Shown: positions 49,008 through 59,032 of the stretch, piece by piece
How positions within the stretch are numbered: position 1 is the stretch's first letter
Layout of the letters: every line of letters begins with the position of its first letter
Assembly (NCBI GenBank): GCA_031127075.1
Contig: JARIFA010000004.1
Span: forward strand, 3,390-67,389
DNA length: 64,000 nucleotides
From: Gemmatimonadota bacterium
GTDB taxonomy: Bacteria; Gemmatimonadota; Gemmatimonadetes; Gemmatimonadales; Gemmatimonadaceae
Direction of reading: 5' to 3'
The notes under the pieces: model-generated
Databases searched by the model: none
Told to the model about the DNA's origin: nothing
The model's input: only the letters and a program-made list of their open reading frames with translations
Made by a program: the position numbers and the translations under genes

Positions 49008-50186
49008 CATCAACGCGCCGCCGCCGCCGATCGCCCACGAGACGCCGGCGGCGCGCGCGACCCACCCGCCGAGCGCACTGCCGATCGGCGAGGACCCGAC
49101 GTACACCATGACGTAGACGGAGAGCACGCGCCCGCGCACCGCGTCGGGGACGAGCTCCTGCAGGCGCGCGTTCACGAGCGCGTTGTTGAGGATCATCGCG
49201 AGTCCGACACCGAAGAGGAGCGTCCCGGCCAGCCAGGGCGCCCGGGCGACGGCGAAGCCGACGAGCAGCACCGGGAGGAGGTACGACGCGCGCCGGAAGA
49301 GGCGGCCGCGCTTCCGTCCGCCCCCCGTGGCGGCGATCGCGAGCGCGCCCACCACCGCCCCGACGCCGAACGCCGCCATCAGCGCGCCGTAGCCGTCAGC
49401 ACCGAGCGCGAGCCCATCGCGCGCGACCACGGGGAGGAGGGAGAGGACCGGGACGCCGAGGATCGAGAAGAAGAGGGTGAGCCAGAGGAGCGCGGGGAGC
49501 GGTTCGTGGGTGCGGATGTAGGTCCACGCCTCCCGGAAACCGCCCGTGCCCACGGGAATCGCCCGGCTCACGCGGCGCGCGGGCGCGAGGTGGATCATCC
49601 AGAGCGCGACAAGCACGGCGAGATAGCTGAGGGCATTCAGCCCGAACGTCCACGAGACCCCGAGCTGCGCGACGACGATCGCCGCCACGCTCGGCCCCAT
49701 CACGCGGGCGAGGTTGAATCCGGTGGAGTTGAGGCCGATCGCTTGCGGGAGGTCCTCCTTCCCCACGAGTTCGACCATCAGCGATTGCCGAGCGGGGATT
49801 TCGAAGGCCGCGAGCACCCCGCCGACGAGGGAGAGGGCGAAGAGCCACGGGATCGTGAGGTGCCCCGTGACCGAGAAGGCCCACAGCGCCGCCGCCTCGC
49901 CGAGCATCAGCGCCTGCGCGATACGCACGATGCGGAGCTTCTCGTGTCGGTCGGCGACCATCCCGCCGGGGATGGAGAGGAGGAGGATCGGGAAGGTGCC
50001 GGCCGCCGCCACGAGCCCGACGATGAAGGCGTCGTCGGAGAGCTCGAGCGCCGTCCACCCCACCGCGACCTGCTGCATCCAGGAGCCAATCAGAGAGATC
50101 GTCTGCCCGACCCAGAAGAGCCGGAACTCGCGGTACTGGACGAGGAGCCGGAAGGGGTTGCGGGAGCGGGTGGGCGAGGCGGTCAT
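48954..50186 (-). CDS. MFS transporter (H+ antiporter-like)
   Basis: FRLFWVGQTISLIGSWMQQVA, GGMVADR, FEIPARQS, GRVLSVY; about 12 TM helices. Confidence 0.93.
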   Translation of the reverse strand: MTASPTRSRNPFRLLVQYREFRLFWVGQTISLIGSWMQQVAVGWTALELSDDAFIVGLVAAAGTFPILLLSIPGGMVADRHEKLRIVRIAQALMLGEAAALWAFSVTGHLTIPWLFALSLVGGVLAAFEIPARQSLMVELVGKEDLPQAIGLNSTGFNLARVMGPSVAAIVVAQLGVSWTFGLNALSYLAVLVALWMIHLAPARRVSRAIPVGTGGFREAWTYIRTHEPLPALLWLTLFFSILGVPVLSLLPVVARDGLALGADGYGALMAAFGVGAVVGALAIAATGGGRKRGRLFRRASYLLPVLLVGFAVARAPWLAGTLLFGVGLAMILNNALVNARLQELVPDAVRGRVLSVYVMVYVGSSPIGSALGGWVARAAGVSWAIGGGGALMLLVALWAFRRHPLLATH

Positions 50187-50271
50187 ACTGATGTCGAAAG
50201 GTCGCCGATCCGGCGCCCCCGTGACAGCCGGGGGACCCTCCGGTGCATTCCAGGCGTTAGCCTCCTACACG

Positions 50272-51555
50272 ATGCGCTTCCACACCTACACCAAGTTCAG
50301 CCCCGAGTCCGCCGACGCGGTGGACCTGCAGGCGCTGCTCGACAACCTCGCGGACTTCCTGTTGCAGTCGGGGTTCGCCGGGGGCGGGCCCGCCGACCCG
50401 TGGGGGTTCGGCACGGTGGACCAGGGTGGGGACCGTTCCCTCGACGCACTCAGGCAGGCGATCCTCGACGCGCTGATCCAGAGCGGCCAGTTCACACCGG
50501 AGATGCTCGAAGCGCTCCGCGGCGACGGCAACGACCTCTCCGAGGCAAAGCTCTCGAAGCTGCTCGACGACATCGTGCAGCGGTTGATGGCCGAGGGGTT
50601 CCTGCAAGCGAGCGCGCCGCCGCAGGCGCCGGCGGGGCACCAGCCGGTGGTGGGGCCCGGTGGGCTGGCGCAGGCGGCCGCACAGGACCTCCGCTTCGAC
50701 CTCACTGGTAAGGGGATCGACTTCCTGGGCTACAAGGCGCTCCGCGGAATCCTCGGCGGGCTCGGGGCCGCGACCGCCGGCGCGCACGAGACGGCGCAGC
50801 TGGCCACCGGGGTCGAGTCGGATGCGGGGAGCCGGCCCTACGCCTTCGGTGACGCGCTCAACCTCGATGTGAACGAGACGCTCCGGAACGCGATGCTGCG
50901 CACCGGTTCGCTCGAGGTCCCGATGGACCTCGACTACGGCGACCTGATGGTGCGGCAGACCGACCATCGGTCGAGCTGCGCCACGGTACTGATGCTCGAC
51001 TGTTCACACTCGATGATCCTCTACGGCGAGGACCGCTTCACGCCGGCCAAGAAGGTGGCCCTCGCGCTGACGCACCTGATCCGGACGCAGTTCCCGGGGG
51101 ACTCGATCCACGTGGTGCTCTTCCACGACCGGGCGGAGGAGATCCCGCTGGGCGCGCTCGCGACGGCGCAGGTGGGGCCGTACCACACGAACACCGCGGC
51201 GGGGCTCAAGCTCGCGCGGCGCCTTCTCGGCGCGCAGCGGAAGGATATGCGTCAGATCGTGATGATCACCGACGGGAAGCCGTCAGCGCTCACATTGCCC
51301 GACGGCGAGGTCTACAAGAACCCGAATGGGTTCGACCCCTTCGTGCTGCAGGAGACGCTCACCGAGGTGGCGGCGTGCCGGAAGGCGGGGATCCCGGTGA
51401 ACACCTTCATGCTCGCACGGGACCGCGCGCTGGTGGAGTTCGTGAAGATGGTCTGCGGGATCACGCGCGGCCGGGCGTACTTCACGAACACGATGACGCT
51501 GGGGCAGTTCATCCTGATGGACTTCCTGAAGCGGAAGACGTCGACGGTGCGGTGA
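50272..51555 (+). CDS. VWA domain-containing protein
   Basis: MIDAS motif [27 protein letters not shown]. Confidence 0.9.
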   Translation: MRFHTYTKFSPESADAVDLQALLDNLADFLLQSGFAGGGPADPWGFGTVDQGGDRSLDALRQAILDALIQSGQFTPEMLEALRGDGNDLSEAKLSKLLDDIVQRLMAEGFLQASAPPQAPAGHQPVVGPGGLAQAAAQDLRFDLTGKGIDFLGYKALRGILGGLGAATAGAHETAQLATGVESDAGSRPYAFGDALNLDVNETLRNAMLRTGSLEVPMDLDYGDLMVRQTDHRSSCATVLMLDCSHSMILYGEDRFTPAKKVALALTHLIRTQFPGDSIHVVLFHDRAEEIPLGALATAQVGPYHTNTAAGLKLARRLLGAQRKDMRQIVMITDGKPSALTLPDGEVYKNPNGFDPFVLQETLTEVAACRKAGIPVNTFMLARDRALVEFVKMVCGITRGRAYFTNTMTLGQFILMDFLKRKTSTVR

Positions 51556-52202
51556 CGATGACGCTCGACCAGTCAGCCCCTGCGATCCTCCTCGGCGCCC
51601 TCTTGGGCCTGCGCCATGCCACCGACGCCGACCACGTCGTCGCGGTGACGACAATCGTCGCGCGCCAGCGCTCGTGGCTGCAGGCGGCCCGGATCGGTGC
51701 GGTCTGGGGCGTCGGGCACTCCCTCACCCTACTCCTGCTCGGTGGGGCGATCATTTTCTTCCGCATCGTGATCCCGCCGCGTGTGGGGCTCGCGCTTGAG
51801 TTCGGGGTGGCGCTGATGCTCATCGGCCTCGGCTACGCCAACCTGCGACGGGGGGATGCGCCGCGCGAACCCTCATTGCACCGCCCCTTCTGGATCGGGG
51901 TGGTGCATGGCCTGGCCGGCTCGGCGGCGGTCGCGCTGCTCGTGCTCTCGACGATCCGTGCCCCGCTCGCCGCGACCGCGTATCTCCTGATGTTCGGACT
52001 CGGGACGATCCTCGGGATGATGGTCGTGACGCTCCTCCTCGCCGCGCCGACGGTGGTCGCCGGCGCCCGTGTCGCGCGGATGCAAGGCGGCGTGCGTCTC
52101 GCCGCCGGCGCGCTGAGCATCGTCTTCGGTCTGCTGCTCGCCCGCGAGCTGATCGTCGACGGCGGACTCTTCTCGGCGGCGCCGACGTGGGCGCCACACT
52201 GA
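51552..52202 (+). CDS. High-affinity nickel/cobalt transporter (NiCoT/UreH-like)
   Basis: GLRHATDADHVVAV, WGVGHS, GVVHGLAGS. Confidence 0.85.
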   Translation: MTMTLDQSAPAILLGALLGLRHATDADHVVAVTTIVARQRSWLQAARIGAVWGVGHSLTLLLLGGAIIFFRIVIPPRVGLALEFGVALMLIGLGYANLRRGDAPREPSLHRPFWIGVVHGLAGSAAVALLVLSTIRAPLAATAYLLMFGLGTILGMMVVTLLLAAPTVVAGARVARMQGGVRLAAGALSIVFGLLLARELIVDGGLFSAAPTWAPH

Positions 52203-52258
52203 GTCGCGCGGCGCGGCGCCGCGGCGACACGGGCGCCGCGAGCGACCGCGCACCGCAT

Positions 52259-52939
52259 GTGCCCCGACGCTCCGCTCGGACCGGCCCGCGCCTCGACACC
52301 GACGCGCTCCGCACCTTCGGCGCGAAGCTCCGGGCCTGGTACCGTCGGCACGCGCGCGACCTGCCTTGGCGCCGCACACGTGACCCCTACGCGATCCTCG
52401 TCTCGGAGCTGATGCTGCAGCAGACGCAGGTCTCCCGCGTCATCGACTTCTACCACCGCTTCCTGGATCGCTTCCCCTCGCTCGAGACACTCGCGAAGGC
52501 ACGGGAGTCACAGGTCGTCGCGCAGTGGGAGGGATTGGGCTACTACGCCCGGGCGCGGAACCTGCACAAACTCTCCCGCGCCGTGGTGCGCGAGGGATTC
52601 CCGACCGAACCGGAGGCGCTCCGGCGCCTCCCAGGGATCGGCCCCTACACCGCGGGCGCGGTCGCGACCTTCGCCTTCGAGCGGCGGGCACCTTTGGTGG
52701 ACACGAACGTGGCGCGTGTGCTCACGCGCGTCTTCGCCCCGCGCCTCCACCCCAAGCGTGCGCGCGACCAGAAGGCGATCTGGGCGATCGCCGAGGCCAC
52801 GCTACCGCGGACCGGGAAGGCGGCCTGGACGCATAACCAGGCGCTGATGGAGCTCGGCGCGCTCGTCTGCACCGCGCGGGTGAAGCAGTGCGGGCGGTGC
52901 CCGGTGAGGGGGGTCTGTAAGAGCAGGGATCAGGAGTGA
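52259..52939 (+). CDS. mutY: A/G-specific adenine glycosylase (short form)
   Basis: RDLPWR, VSELMLQQTQV, WEGLGYYARARNLH, LPGIGPYTA, VDTNV, C-X6-C-X2-C-X5-C Fe-S motif. Confidence 0.88.
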   Translation: MPRRSARTGPRLDTDALRTFGAKLRAWYRRHARDLPWRRTRDPYAILVSELMLQQTQVSRVIDFYHRFLDRFPSLETLAKARESQVVAQWEGLGYYARARNLHKLSRAVVREGFPTEPEALRRLPGIGPYTAGAVATFAFERRAPLVDTNVARVLTRVFAPRLHPKRARDQKAIWAIAEATLPRTGKAAWTHNQALMELGALVCTARVKQCGRCPVRGVCKSRDQE

Positions 52940-53028
52940 GGGGTCAGGGATCAGGTGAATGCAGAGCGGGGGCGAGGCTCTCGGCCCCACCCCCGCCCTG
53001 ACATCTGACACCTACCACCTGAGACCTG
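52924..53028. repeat. Heptamer-periodic inverted repeat between convergent mutY and gltA
   Basis: Left arm CAGGGAT CAGGAGT GAGGGGT CAGGGAT CAGG (52924-52955); right arm CCTGACA TCTGACA CCTACCA CCTGAGA CCTG (52997-53028). Confidence 0.7.
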
Positions 53029-54363
53029 CTACTTCGTGATCTTGTGGCTGAGATCCACCTTCGCCTGGTACGGCCGCTCGGCGTACCCGGTGTAGATCTG
53101 CCGCGGGCGGGCGATCTTCTGCTCCTTGTCGAGGAGGAGCTCCTCCCACTGGGCCATCCAGCCAGCGGTCCGCGCGATGGCGAAGAGCACGGTGAAGTAG
53201 TCCGTCGGGAAGTGCATCGCCCGGTAGATCAGCCCGGTGTAGAAGTCGACGTTCGGATAGAGCTTGCGCGCGATGAAGTATTCGTCGCTGAGCGCGATCC
53301 GCTCGAGCTCGAGCGCAATCTCCATATCCTTCGACAGGCCAGCCACGCGTAGCACGTCGTCGCAGAGCGACTTCACGATCTTCGCGCGCGGGTCGTAGCT
53401 CTTGTAGACGCGGTGCCCGAAGCCCATCAGGCGCGCGGCGCCCTTCCCGCTCTTCACCGACTCGATGAAGGCCGGGATGTTCTTGACGTCGCCGATCTCC
53501 TCGAGCATCCGGAGCACCGCCTCGTTCGCGCCGCCGTGCAGCGGGCCATAGAGCGCCGAGACACCGGCCGCGACCGCGGAGTACGGGTCGACGTGCGAGG
53601 AGCCCACCGCGCGCACCGCGTTCGTCGAGCAGTTCTGCTCGTGGTCGGCGTGGAGGATGAAGAGGATGTCAATCGCCCGCGCGAAGACGGGGTTGGCCTC
53701 GTACTTCGGCTCCGACATCCGCGCGATCATCGAGAGGAAGTTCTCGGCGTACGAGAGCGAGTTGTCGGGATAGACGTACGGGAGCCCCTTCACGTGGCGG
53801 TACGCGAACGCCGCCAGCGTCGGCATCTTGGCGAGGAGGCGGATGAAGGCGATGTCGCGCTCCTGCTCCTCCTGGATGTGCTTCGACGTCGGATAGAACG
53901 AGGAGAGCGCTGCGACGCCGGCCGTCAGCATCGCCATCGGATGGGCGTCGTACCGGAAGCCCTCCATGAAGCGCTTGATGTTCTCGTGCACGTACGTGTG
54001 GTACGTGATGTGGTGCTGGAACTCGTCGTACTCCTGCTGCGTCGGGAGCTCTCCCTTTCGCAGGAGCCAGGCCGTCTCGAGGAAGTTCGACTTCTCCGCG
54101 AGCTGCTCGATCGGGATGCCGCGGTAGCGGAGGATCCCCTTGTCACCGTCGATGAAGGTGATCGCGGAGCGGCACGACGCCGTGTTCATGAACGCCGGGT
54201 CGTAGCCCATGATCCCGAAGTCATCGGGATTCACCTTGATCTGCTTGAGGTCCGCGGTGCGGATCGTCTCATCGGTGATCGGGGCGAAGTAGACCTTCCC
54301 CGTGCGCGAATCCTTGATCTCGAGGTGGTCGCCCGCGGGGGGAGTGGAGGGGGTGGCGGACAT
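53029..54363 (-). CDS. gltA: Citrate synthase
   Basis: YDPAFMNTASC, DGDKGILRYRG, LHADHEQNCST, GPLHGGANE, MGFGHRVYK, YPNVDFY. Confidence 0.97.
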   Translation of the reverse strand: MSATPSTPPAGDHLEIKDSRTGKVYFAPITDETIRTADLKQIKVNPDDFGIMGYDPAFMNTASCRSAITFIDGDKGILRYRGIPIEQLAEKSNFLETAWLLRKGELPTQQEYDEFQHHITYHTYVHENIKRFMEGFRYDAHPMAMLTAGVAALSSFYPTSKHIQEEQERDIAFIRLLAKMPTLAAFAYRHVKGLPYVYPDNSLSYAENFLSMIARMSEPKYEANPVFARAIDILFILHADHEQNCSTNAVRAVGSSHVDPYSAVAAGVSALYGPLHGGANEAVLRMLEEIGDVKNIPAFIESVKSGKGAARLMGFGHRVYKSYDPRAKIVKSLCDDVLRVAGLSKDMEIALELERIALSDEYFIARKLYPNVDFYTGLIYRAMHFPTDYFTVLFAIARTAGWMAQWEELLLDKEQKIARPRQIYTGYAERPYQAKVDLSHKITK

Positions 54364-54513
54364 CTGCGTGGATCCCGTAACTGGGGGGAGAGCGCGCCGG
54401 CGCCGCACGCGCCGGACGAGTGCACGCGATGTGCGCGCACACCCCGAAAAGATACCCGCCGGACGACGGAAGTGCCGGGCGATGCCCGCGCCACTATCGT
54501 TCGGACACCACCC

Positions 54514-55356
54514 GTGCCGACCCCCACCCCCCTCCTCCTCGCCCTCGTCGGGCTCGCCGCCGCCGTCGGCGCCGTGATGAACGCGATGGCCGGGGGCGGG
54601 ACCCTCATCACCTTCCCCGCGCTCGTCGCGCTCGGGGTGCCGCCGATCACGGCGAACGCCACCTCCACCGTGGCACTCTGGCCGGGGACGATGGCCTCGA
54701 TGTGGGGATACCGCCGCGAGCTCGGCGGGGCCCGTGCCTGGGCCCGCGCCTGGGCCGTCCCCTCCGTCATCGGCGGAGCCGTGGGCGCCGCACTCCTCGT
54801 CGTGACCCCGGAAAAGCGCTTCGAACAGCTCGTCCCGTGGCTCATCCTCGGGGCGACCTTCCTCTTCATCGGCCAGGGCCCGCTCCTCCGACGGATGCGG
54901 GAGCTCGCCCCGGATGACGCAGCGAACCCGCTGATGGCGCGGACCGCCGAATGGCTGACGTCGCGGCAGATCACGCAGACCGACGGGACGCTGCGCCCGC
55001 CGTCCCGCGCCTTCCTCGCCTACCAGTTCCTCGTCGCCGTCTACGGTGGCTACTTCGGTGCGGGCGCCGGCATCCTGATGCTCGCCGCCCTCGGCCTGAT
55101 GGGGCTGACGAACATCCACCAGATGAACGGCCTCAAGAACTGGGGCGGTGGCCTCTTCAACCTCATCGCGGTCGCGATCTTCGTCGTCGGTGGGCTCGTG
55201 AACTGGCCGATCGCGCTCGTGATGGCGCTGGGCGCCACCCTCGGCGGCATCGGCGGATCGCTCCTCGCCCAGCGCGTCGGGCAGCACTGGGTCCGCCGCG
55301 TGATCGCCGTCATCGGGCTCGGGAGCGGGTTCGCGATGCTGTTCGGACTGATCTGA
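54514..55356 (+). CDS. TauE/SafE (TSUP) family exporter
   Basis: NAMAGGGTLITFPAL, ANATSTVALWPG, YGGYFGAGAGILM. Confidence 0.9.
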   Translation: MPTPTPLLLALVGLAAAVGAVMNAMAGGGTLITFPALVALGVPPITANATSTVALWPGTMASMWGYRRELGGARAWARAWAVPSVIGGAVGAALLVVTPEKRFEQLVPWLILGATFLFIGQGPLLRRMRELAPDDAANPLMARTAEWLTSRQITQTDGTLRPPSRAFLAYQFLVAVYGGYFGAGAGILMLAALGLMGLTNIHQMNGLKNWGGGLFNLIAVAIFVVGGLVNWPIALVMALGATLGGIGGSLLAQRVGQHWVRRVIAVIGLGSGFAMLFGLI

Positions 55357-55378
55357 TGACACCGCGGAGACTGCTGAG

Positions 55379-56869
55379 ATGACCGCCACCCCCCGTCCCA
55401 CCGACGACGCCCTGCCCCCGCTCGATCCCGCCGACTGGGAGGCGTTCCGCGCCCTCGCGCATCGGATGGTCGACGACTCGATTGACTTCCTCCGGGACGT
55501 CCGGGAGCGCCCGGCCTGGCAGCCGATGCCGGACGCGGTGCGGGACCGGATCCTGCACGAACCACTCCCACGGACCGGGCAGGGCGACGTCTCGTCGTAC
55601 GAGGACTTCCTCCACCTCGTGCGCCCGTACCCCAACGGCAACATCCATCCGCGCTTCTGGGGATGGGTGATGGGGACAGGGACGCCGCAGTCGGCGATGG
55701 CGGACTTTCTCGCCTCGGTGCTGAACCCGAACGTCGGCGGGCTCGAGCAGGCGCCGAAGTACGTCGAGCAGGTGGTGGTGCGGTGGCTCGCCGAGGCGAT
55801 GGGGTATCCCTCAGGCGCCGGTGGCATCCTGATGAGCGGCGGGACGATGGCGAACGTCATCGGCCTCGCCGTCGCGCGTCGGCGTCGCGCAGGGTTCGAT
55901 GTGCGCGCCTCCGGCGGGCACGGGGCCGGAGAGCCACGACTGACCCTCTATGCCTCGACCGAGGTGCACGGGTGGCTCGCCAAGGCGTGCGACTTCCTCG
56001 GCCTCGGCACCGAGGCGTTCCGTCGCGTCCCCGTGGGCGATGACTTCCGGGTCGATGTGGACGCGATGGCGCGGATGATCGCTGAGGATCGGGCGGCGGG
56101 GCAGCACCCATGCTGCATCATCGGGACCGCTGGCACCGTCCAGACCGGCGCGACCGACGACTTTGACGCGCTCGCGGACCTCGCGGCGCGCGAGGGATGC
56201 TGGTTCCACGTGGACGGCGCCTTCGGGGCGATGGCCGCGCTCTCCCCCGAGACGTCGCCGACCGTGCGTGGGATCGCGCGCGCCGACTCGATCGCGTTCG
56301 ACCTCCACAAGTGGGGCTACCTCCCCTTCGGCGTGGCGGCACTGCTGACGCGGTCAGACGCCGACCTCGTTGACACCTTCGCGATGCAGGCGGCGTATCT
56401 CGCGGCGGAGCCGCGTGGGACCTTCGGCAGCGAGGGCATCTACTTCGCCAGCCGCGGGATCGAGCTGACTCGGCGCTTCTCGGCGCTCAAGGTGTGGATG
56501 ACGCTCAAGGCGTCGGGGCTCGACCTCCTCGGCGCGCACATCGCGCGGAACGTGCGGCAGGCGACGTATCTCGACGCGCTGGTGCAGGCGGCGCCCGACC
56601 TCGAGTCGCTCGCGCCGACGCCACTCAACCTCGTGAACTTCCGGTATGCCCCGGCGGGCGTCGCCGCGGACCGTCTCGACGCGCTCAACCGTGAGATCCT
56701 GCTCCGGTTACAAGAGCGCGGGATCGCCGTGCCGAGCGGCACGACGATCCACGGGCGCTACGCGATCCGGGTGGCGATCACAAACCACCGTTCGACCGCC
56801 GCCGACTTCGACGCGCTGCTCGCCGGGGTCCGAGCGATCGGCGCCGAACTCACGACTCCATCTTCTTGA
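55379..56869 (+). CDS. Group II PLP-dependent amino acid decarboxylase
   Basis: HPRFWGWV, SGGTMAN, TAGTVQTGATD, WFHVDGAFG, DLHKWG, LKVWMTL. Confidence 0.92.
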   Translation: MTATPRPTDDALPPLDPADWEAFRALAHRMVDDSIDFLRDVRERPAWQPMPDAVRDRILHEPLPRTGQGDVSSYEDFLHLVRPYPNGNIHPRFWGWVMGTGTPQSAMADFLASVLNPNVGGLEQAPKYVEQVVVRWLAEAMGYPSGAGGILMSGGTMANVIGLAVARRRRAGFDVRASGGHGAGEPRLTLYASTEVHGWLAKACDFLGLGTEAFRRVPVGDDFRVDVDAMARMIAEDRAAGQHPCCIIGTAGTVQTGATDDFDALADLAAREGCWFHVDGAFGAMAALSPETSPTVRGIARADSIAFDLHKWGYLPFGVAALLTRSDADLVDTFAMQAAYLAAEPRGTFGSEGIYFASRGIELTRRFSALKVWMTLKASGLDLLGAHIARNVRQATYLDALVQAAPDLESLAPTPLNLVNFRYAPAGVAADRLDALNREILLRLQERGIAVPSGTTIHGRYAIRVAITNHRSTAADFDALLAGVRAIGAELTTPSS

Positions 56870-57077
56870 CCTTTCGGCGGTCGCGGACCACCACCGCGGC
56901 CGCCGCCACCGCACCGGCGGCGATGGCGGCCTTCGCCGCCCGGCGCGCCGTGTGCTTCGCGCGCCCAACCTTCGCCTTCACCGAACGGCGGCCCTCGCTG
57001 GCCAGGATGCGCGTCTCCACCTCCTCGATCGCGCGCGCCGCCGCCTTCCCCACCGTCTCCGTCACCTTCGCCATCAT
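56850..57077 (-). CDS. Small basic hypothetical protein with C-terminal hydrophobic segment
   Basis: MMAKVTETVGKAAARAIEEVETRILASEGRRSVKAKV..AAIAAGAVAAAAVVVRDRRK; GGAGGG directly upstream. Confidence 0.7.
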   Translation of the reverse strand: MMAKVTETVGKAAARAIEEVETRILASEGRRSVKAKVGRAKHTARRAAKAAIAAGAVAAAAVVVRDRRKVKKMES

Positions 57078-57145
57078 GCCCTCCGCGTGGAATGGCGCCG
57101 GACGATCCGGTGCCGGCCTCACGCTACCGCCGCGCGGCGGGGCAG

Positions 57146-57619
57146 TCAGTCAGGCGAGTGCCCGGCGATCCGACAGACGATCTCCCACTCCTTCCGCGTG
57201 ACGGGCTGCACACTGAGCCGGCTCCCCTTCTGCACGAGCGCCATCTTCGCGAGCCCCGTCACCCCCTTCAGCTCCGCGAGCGTCACGAGCCGAGGGAACG
57301 GGGCGACGGCGCGGACGTCGACCATGTACCAGGTGGGCTCGTCCCGCCGCGACTTCGGGTCGAAGTGCGGGTCCTTCGGGTCGAACGCCGTGTGGTCCGG
57401 GTACCCCTCGCGCACCACCTCGCAGATCCCGGCGATCCCCGAGGGCTCGGCGTTCGAGTGGTAGTAGAAGACGCGGTCCCCCTTCTTCATCTGGTCGCGC
57501 AGCGTGTTGCGGGCCTGGTAGTTCCGCACCCCGTCCCAGCAGGTCGTCTTCTTCGGCGCCTTGAGGAGGTCGGCGAAACTGAAGACGTCGGGCTCCGACT
57601 TCACCAGCCAGTAGTTCAC
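57146..57619 (-). CDS. EVE domain-containing protein
   Basis: YWLVKSEP, WDGVRNYQARN, FYYHSN, SRLSVQPVT. Confidence 0.95.
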   Translation of the reverse strand: MNYWLVKSEPDVFSFADLLKAPKKTTCWDGVRNYQARNTLRDQMKKGDRVFYYHSNAEPSGIAGICEVVREGYPDHTAFDPKDPHFDPKSRRDEPTWYMVDVRAVAPFPRLVTLAELKGVTGLAKMALVQKGSRLSVQPVTRKEWEIVCRIAGHSPD

Positions 57620-58920
57620 GCGATGCCCCGCCGGATCGCCTTGGTGACCGCTTCGACGAAGGTGTCGATCTCGTCGACCGCGGTATAGATGCTCGGCGTG
57701 ACGCGGATCCCCTTGAACTCTTGGTGAACGATCGGCGTGGAGACGATGCGGTGCTGGGAGAGGAGCCAGTTCCCGAGCGCACCGGGGTCGATCCCCTCGA
57801 CGTCGAACATCGCGATGGCGCCACCGGTGTCGGGACCGAGCGCGGTGAGGAGCTTCACGCGGGGGCTCACGGCGAGCAGCTGCGTCGCCCAGCGGTCGCG
57901 GAGGTACCGGAGCCGCGCGATCTTCCGCTCCATCCCGATACCGCGGTGGAAGGTGATGGCGGTGGAGACGGCGTTGAAGTTCGCCTGCGGGTGCGTCCCG
58001 ATCTCCTCGTACTTCCGGATGTTCCGGTCGCGGTCGGCGGTCGGCGTCGAGGCCATCAGGGGCCAGAGCCCGGGGATCTTCGACTGCCGCACGTAGAGCA
58101 TCCCCGCGCCGATGGGGGCGTGCATCCACTTGTGGAGCGAGGTCGCATAGTAGTCGCAGTCGAGCGCGTCGCGCGTGAAGGGGAAGTGCGCGAAGGCGTG
58201 GGCGCCGTCGACGAAGACCTCGATGCCCCGCGGACGCGCGAGGGCTTGGATCTCCCGGATGGGGAGGATCTGCCCCGTGAGGTTCGTGATGTGGGGGAGC
58301 TCGATGACCTTCGTGCGCGGCGTGATCGCCGCCTCAAGGTTCCGAAGGAGGACCTTCGGATCGGTGAGCGGCACCGGGAAGGCGACCTGCTTCACGACGA
58401 TCCCCTCGCGCCGCGCCCGCTGCTCCCAGGTGTTGATCATCCGCCCGTAGTTCTGGTTGGTGATCACGACCTCGTCGCCGCGCTTGAGGTCGAGCCCGAG
58501 AATCATGATCTCGAGGCCCTCGCTCGCGTTGCGCGTGACCGCCATCTCCTCCGGGTCGCAGCCGAACTCGCGCGCCAGTTCGCGCCGTGTGCTCTCCATC
58601 CGCGGCTCCAGCACGCGCCAGTTGTGCTCCACCGGGAGCTCGTTGACGAACCGCAGGTCGCGGATCATCTGCTCGAGCACGTGGCTCGGCGCCGGCGAGA
58701 TTCCGCCGTTGTTGAGGTTGATCATCGTCCGGTCGGCGTCGAACGCCTTCTGGACCTGCATCCAGTAGGATTCGTCGTCGGCGAGGGAGGCGGCAGGGCG
58801 GTCCCCCGCGAGGACGTTCGCCTCGAAGAGCCGCGCCATCGCGCGCGCGTTGAAGACGGGGAGCGCGACACCGGCGCCAGCGAGGCCGGTGAGGAAGTGA
58901 CGGCGGGAGGTCTGGGACAT
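57616..58920 (-). CDS. Tat-exported aminotransferase class V (isopenicillin N epimerase-like)
   Basis: Tat motif SRRHFL, INLNNGG, RNASEGL, VDGAHAFAH, TSLHKW. Confidence 0.9.
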   Translation of the reverse strand: MSQTSRRHFLTGLAGAGVALPVFNARAMARLFEANVLAGDRPAASLADDESYWMQVQKAFDADRTMINLNNGGISPAPSHVLEQMIRDLRFVNELPVEHNWRVLEPRMESTRRELAREFGCDPEEMAVTRNASEGLEIMILGLDLKRGDEVVITNQNYGRMINTWEQRARREGIVVKQVAFPVPLTDPKVLLRNLEAAITPRTKVIELPHITNLTGQILPIREIQALARPRGIEVFVDGAHAFAHFPFTRDALDCDYYATSLHKWMHAPIGAGMLYVRQSKIPGLWPLMASTPTADRDRNIRKYEEIGTHPQANFNAVSTAITFHRGIGMERKIARLRYLRDRWATQLLAVSPRVKLLTALGPDTGGAIAMFDVEGIDPGALGNWLLSQHRIVSTPIVHQEFKGIRVTPSIYTAVDEIDTFVEAVTKAIRRGIA

Positions 58921-59032
58921 CGGGTGGATCCTCGGACGAGGGGGCGGGACGCCCTACGCTACCACCGGCGGTGACCCCCCGCCATCCGGGCCCCGGTGTC
59001 GCGCCGCGGGGTGCCTCGCGCAGATTCCCGGG

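Noticed and set aside
52259-52939. mutY as a pseudogene because it lacks the C-terminal domain
   Set aside because: The catalytic HhH domain and Fe-S motif are intact, short MutY-like forms are common, and no remnant of the missing domain is visible downstream.
54364-55860. Long N-terminal extensions of ORF-track entries (gltA 943 aa, prfC 777 aa, msbA 773 aa, HAD 601 aa, ygfZ 694 aa, EVE 327 aa)
   Set aside because: Artefacts of choosing the most upstream start. The extensions overlap other real genes and homology begins at the internal starts given, so these are not fusions.
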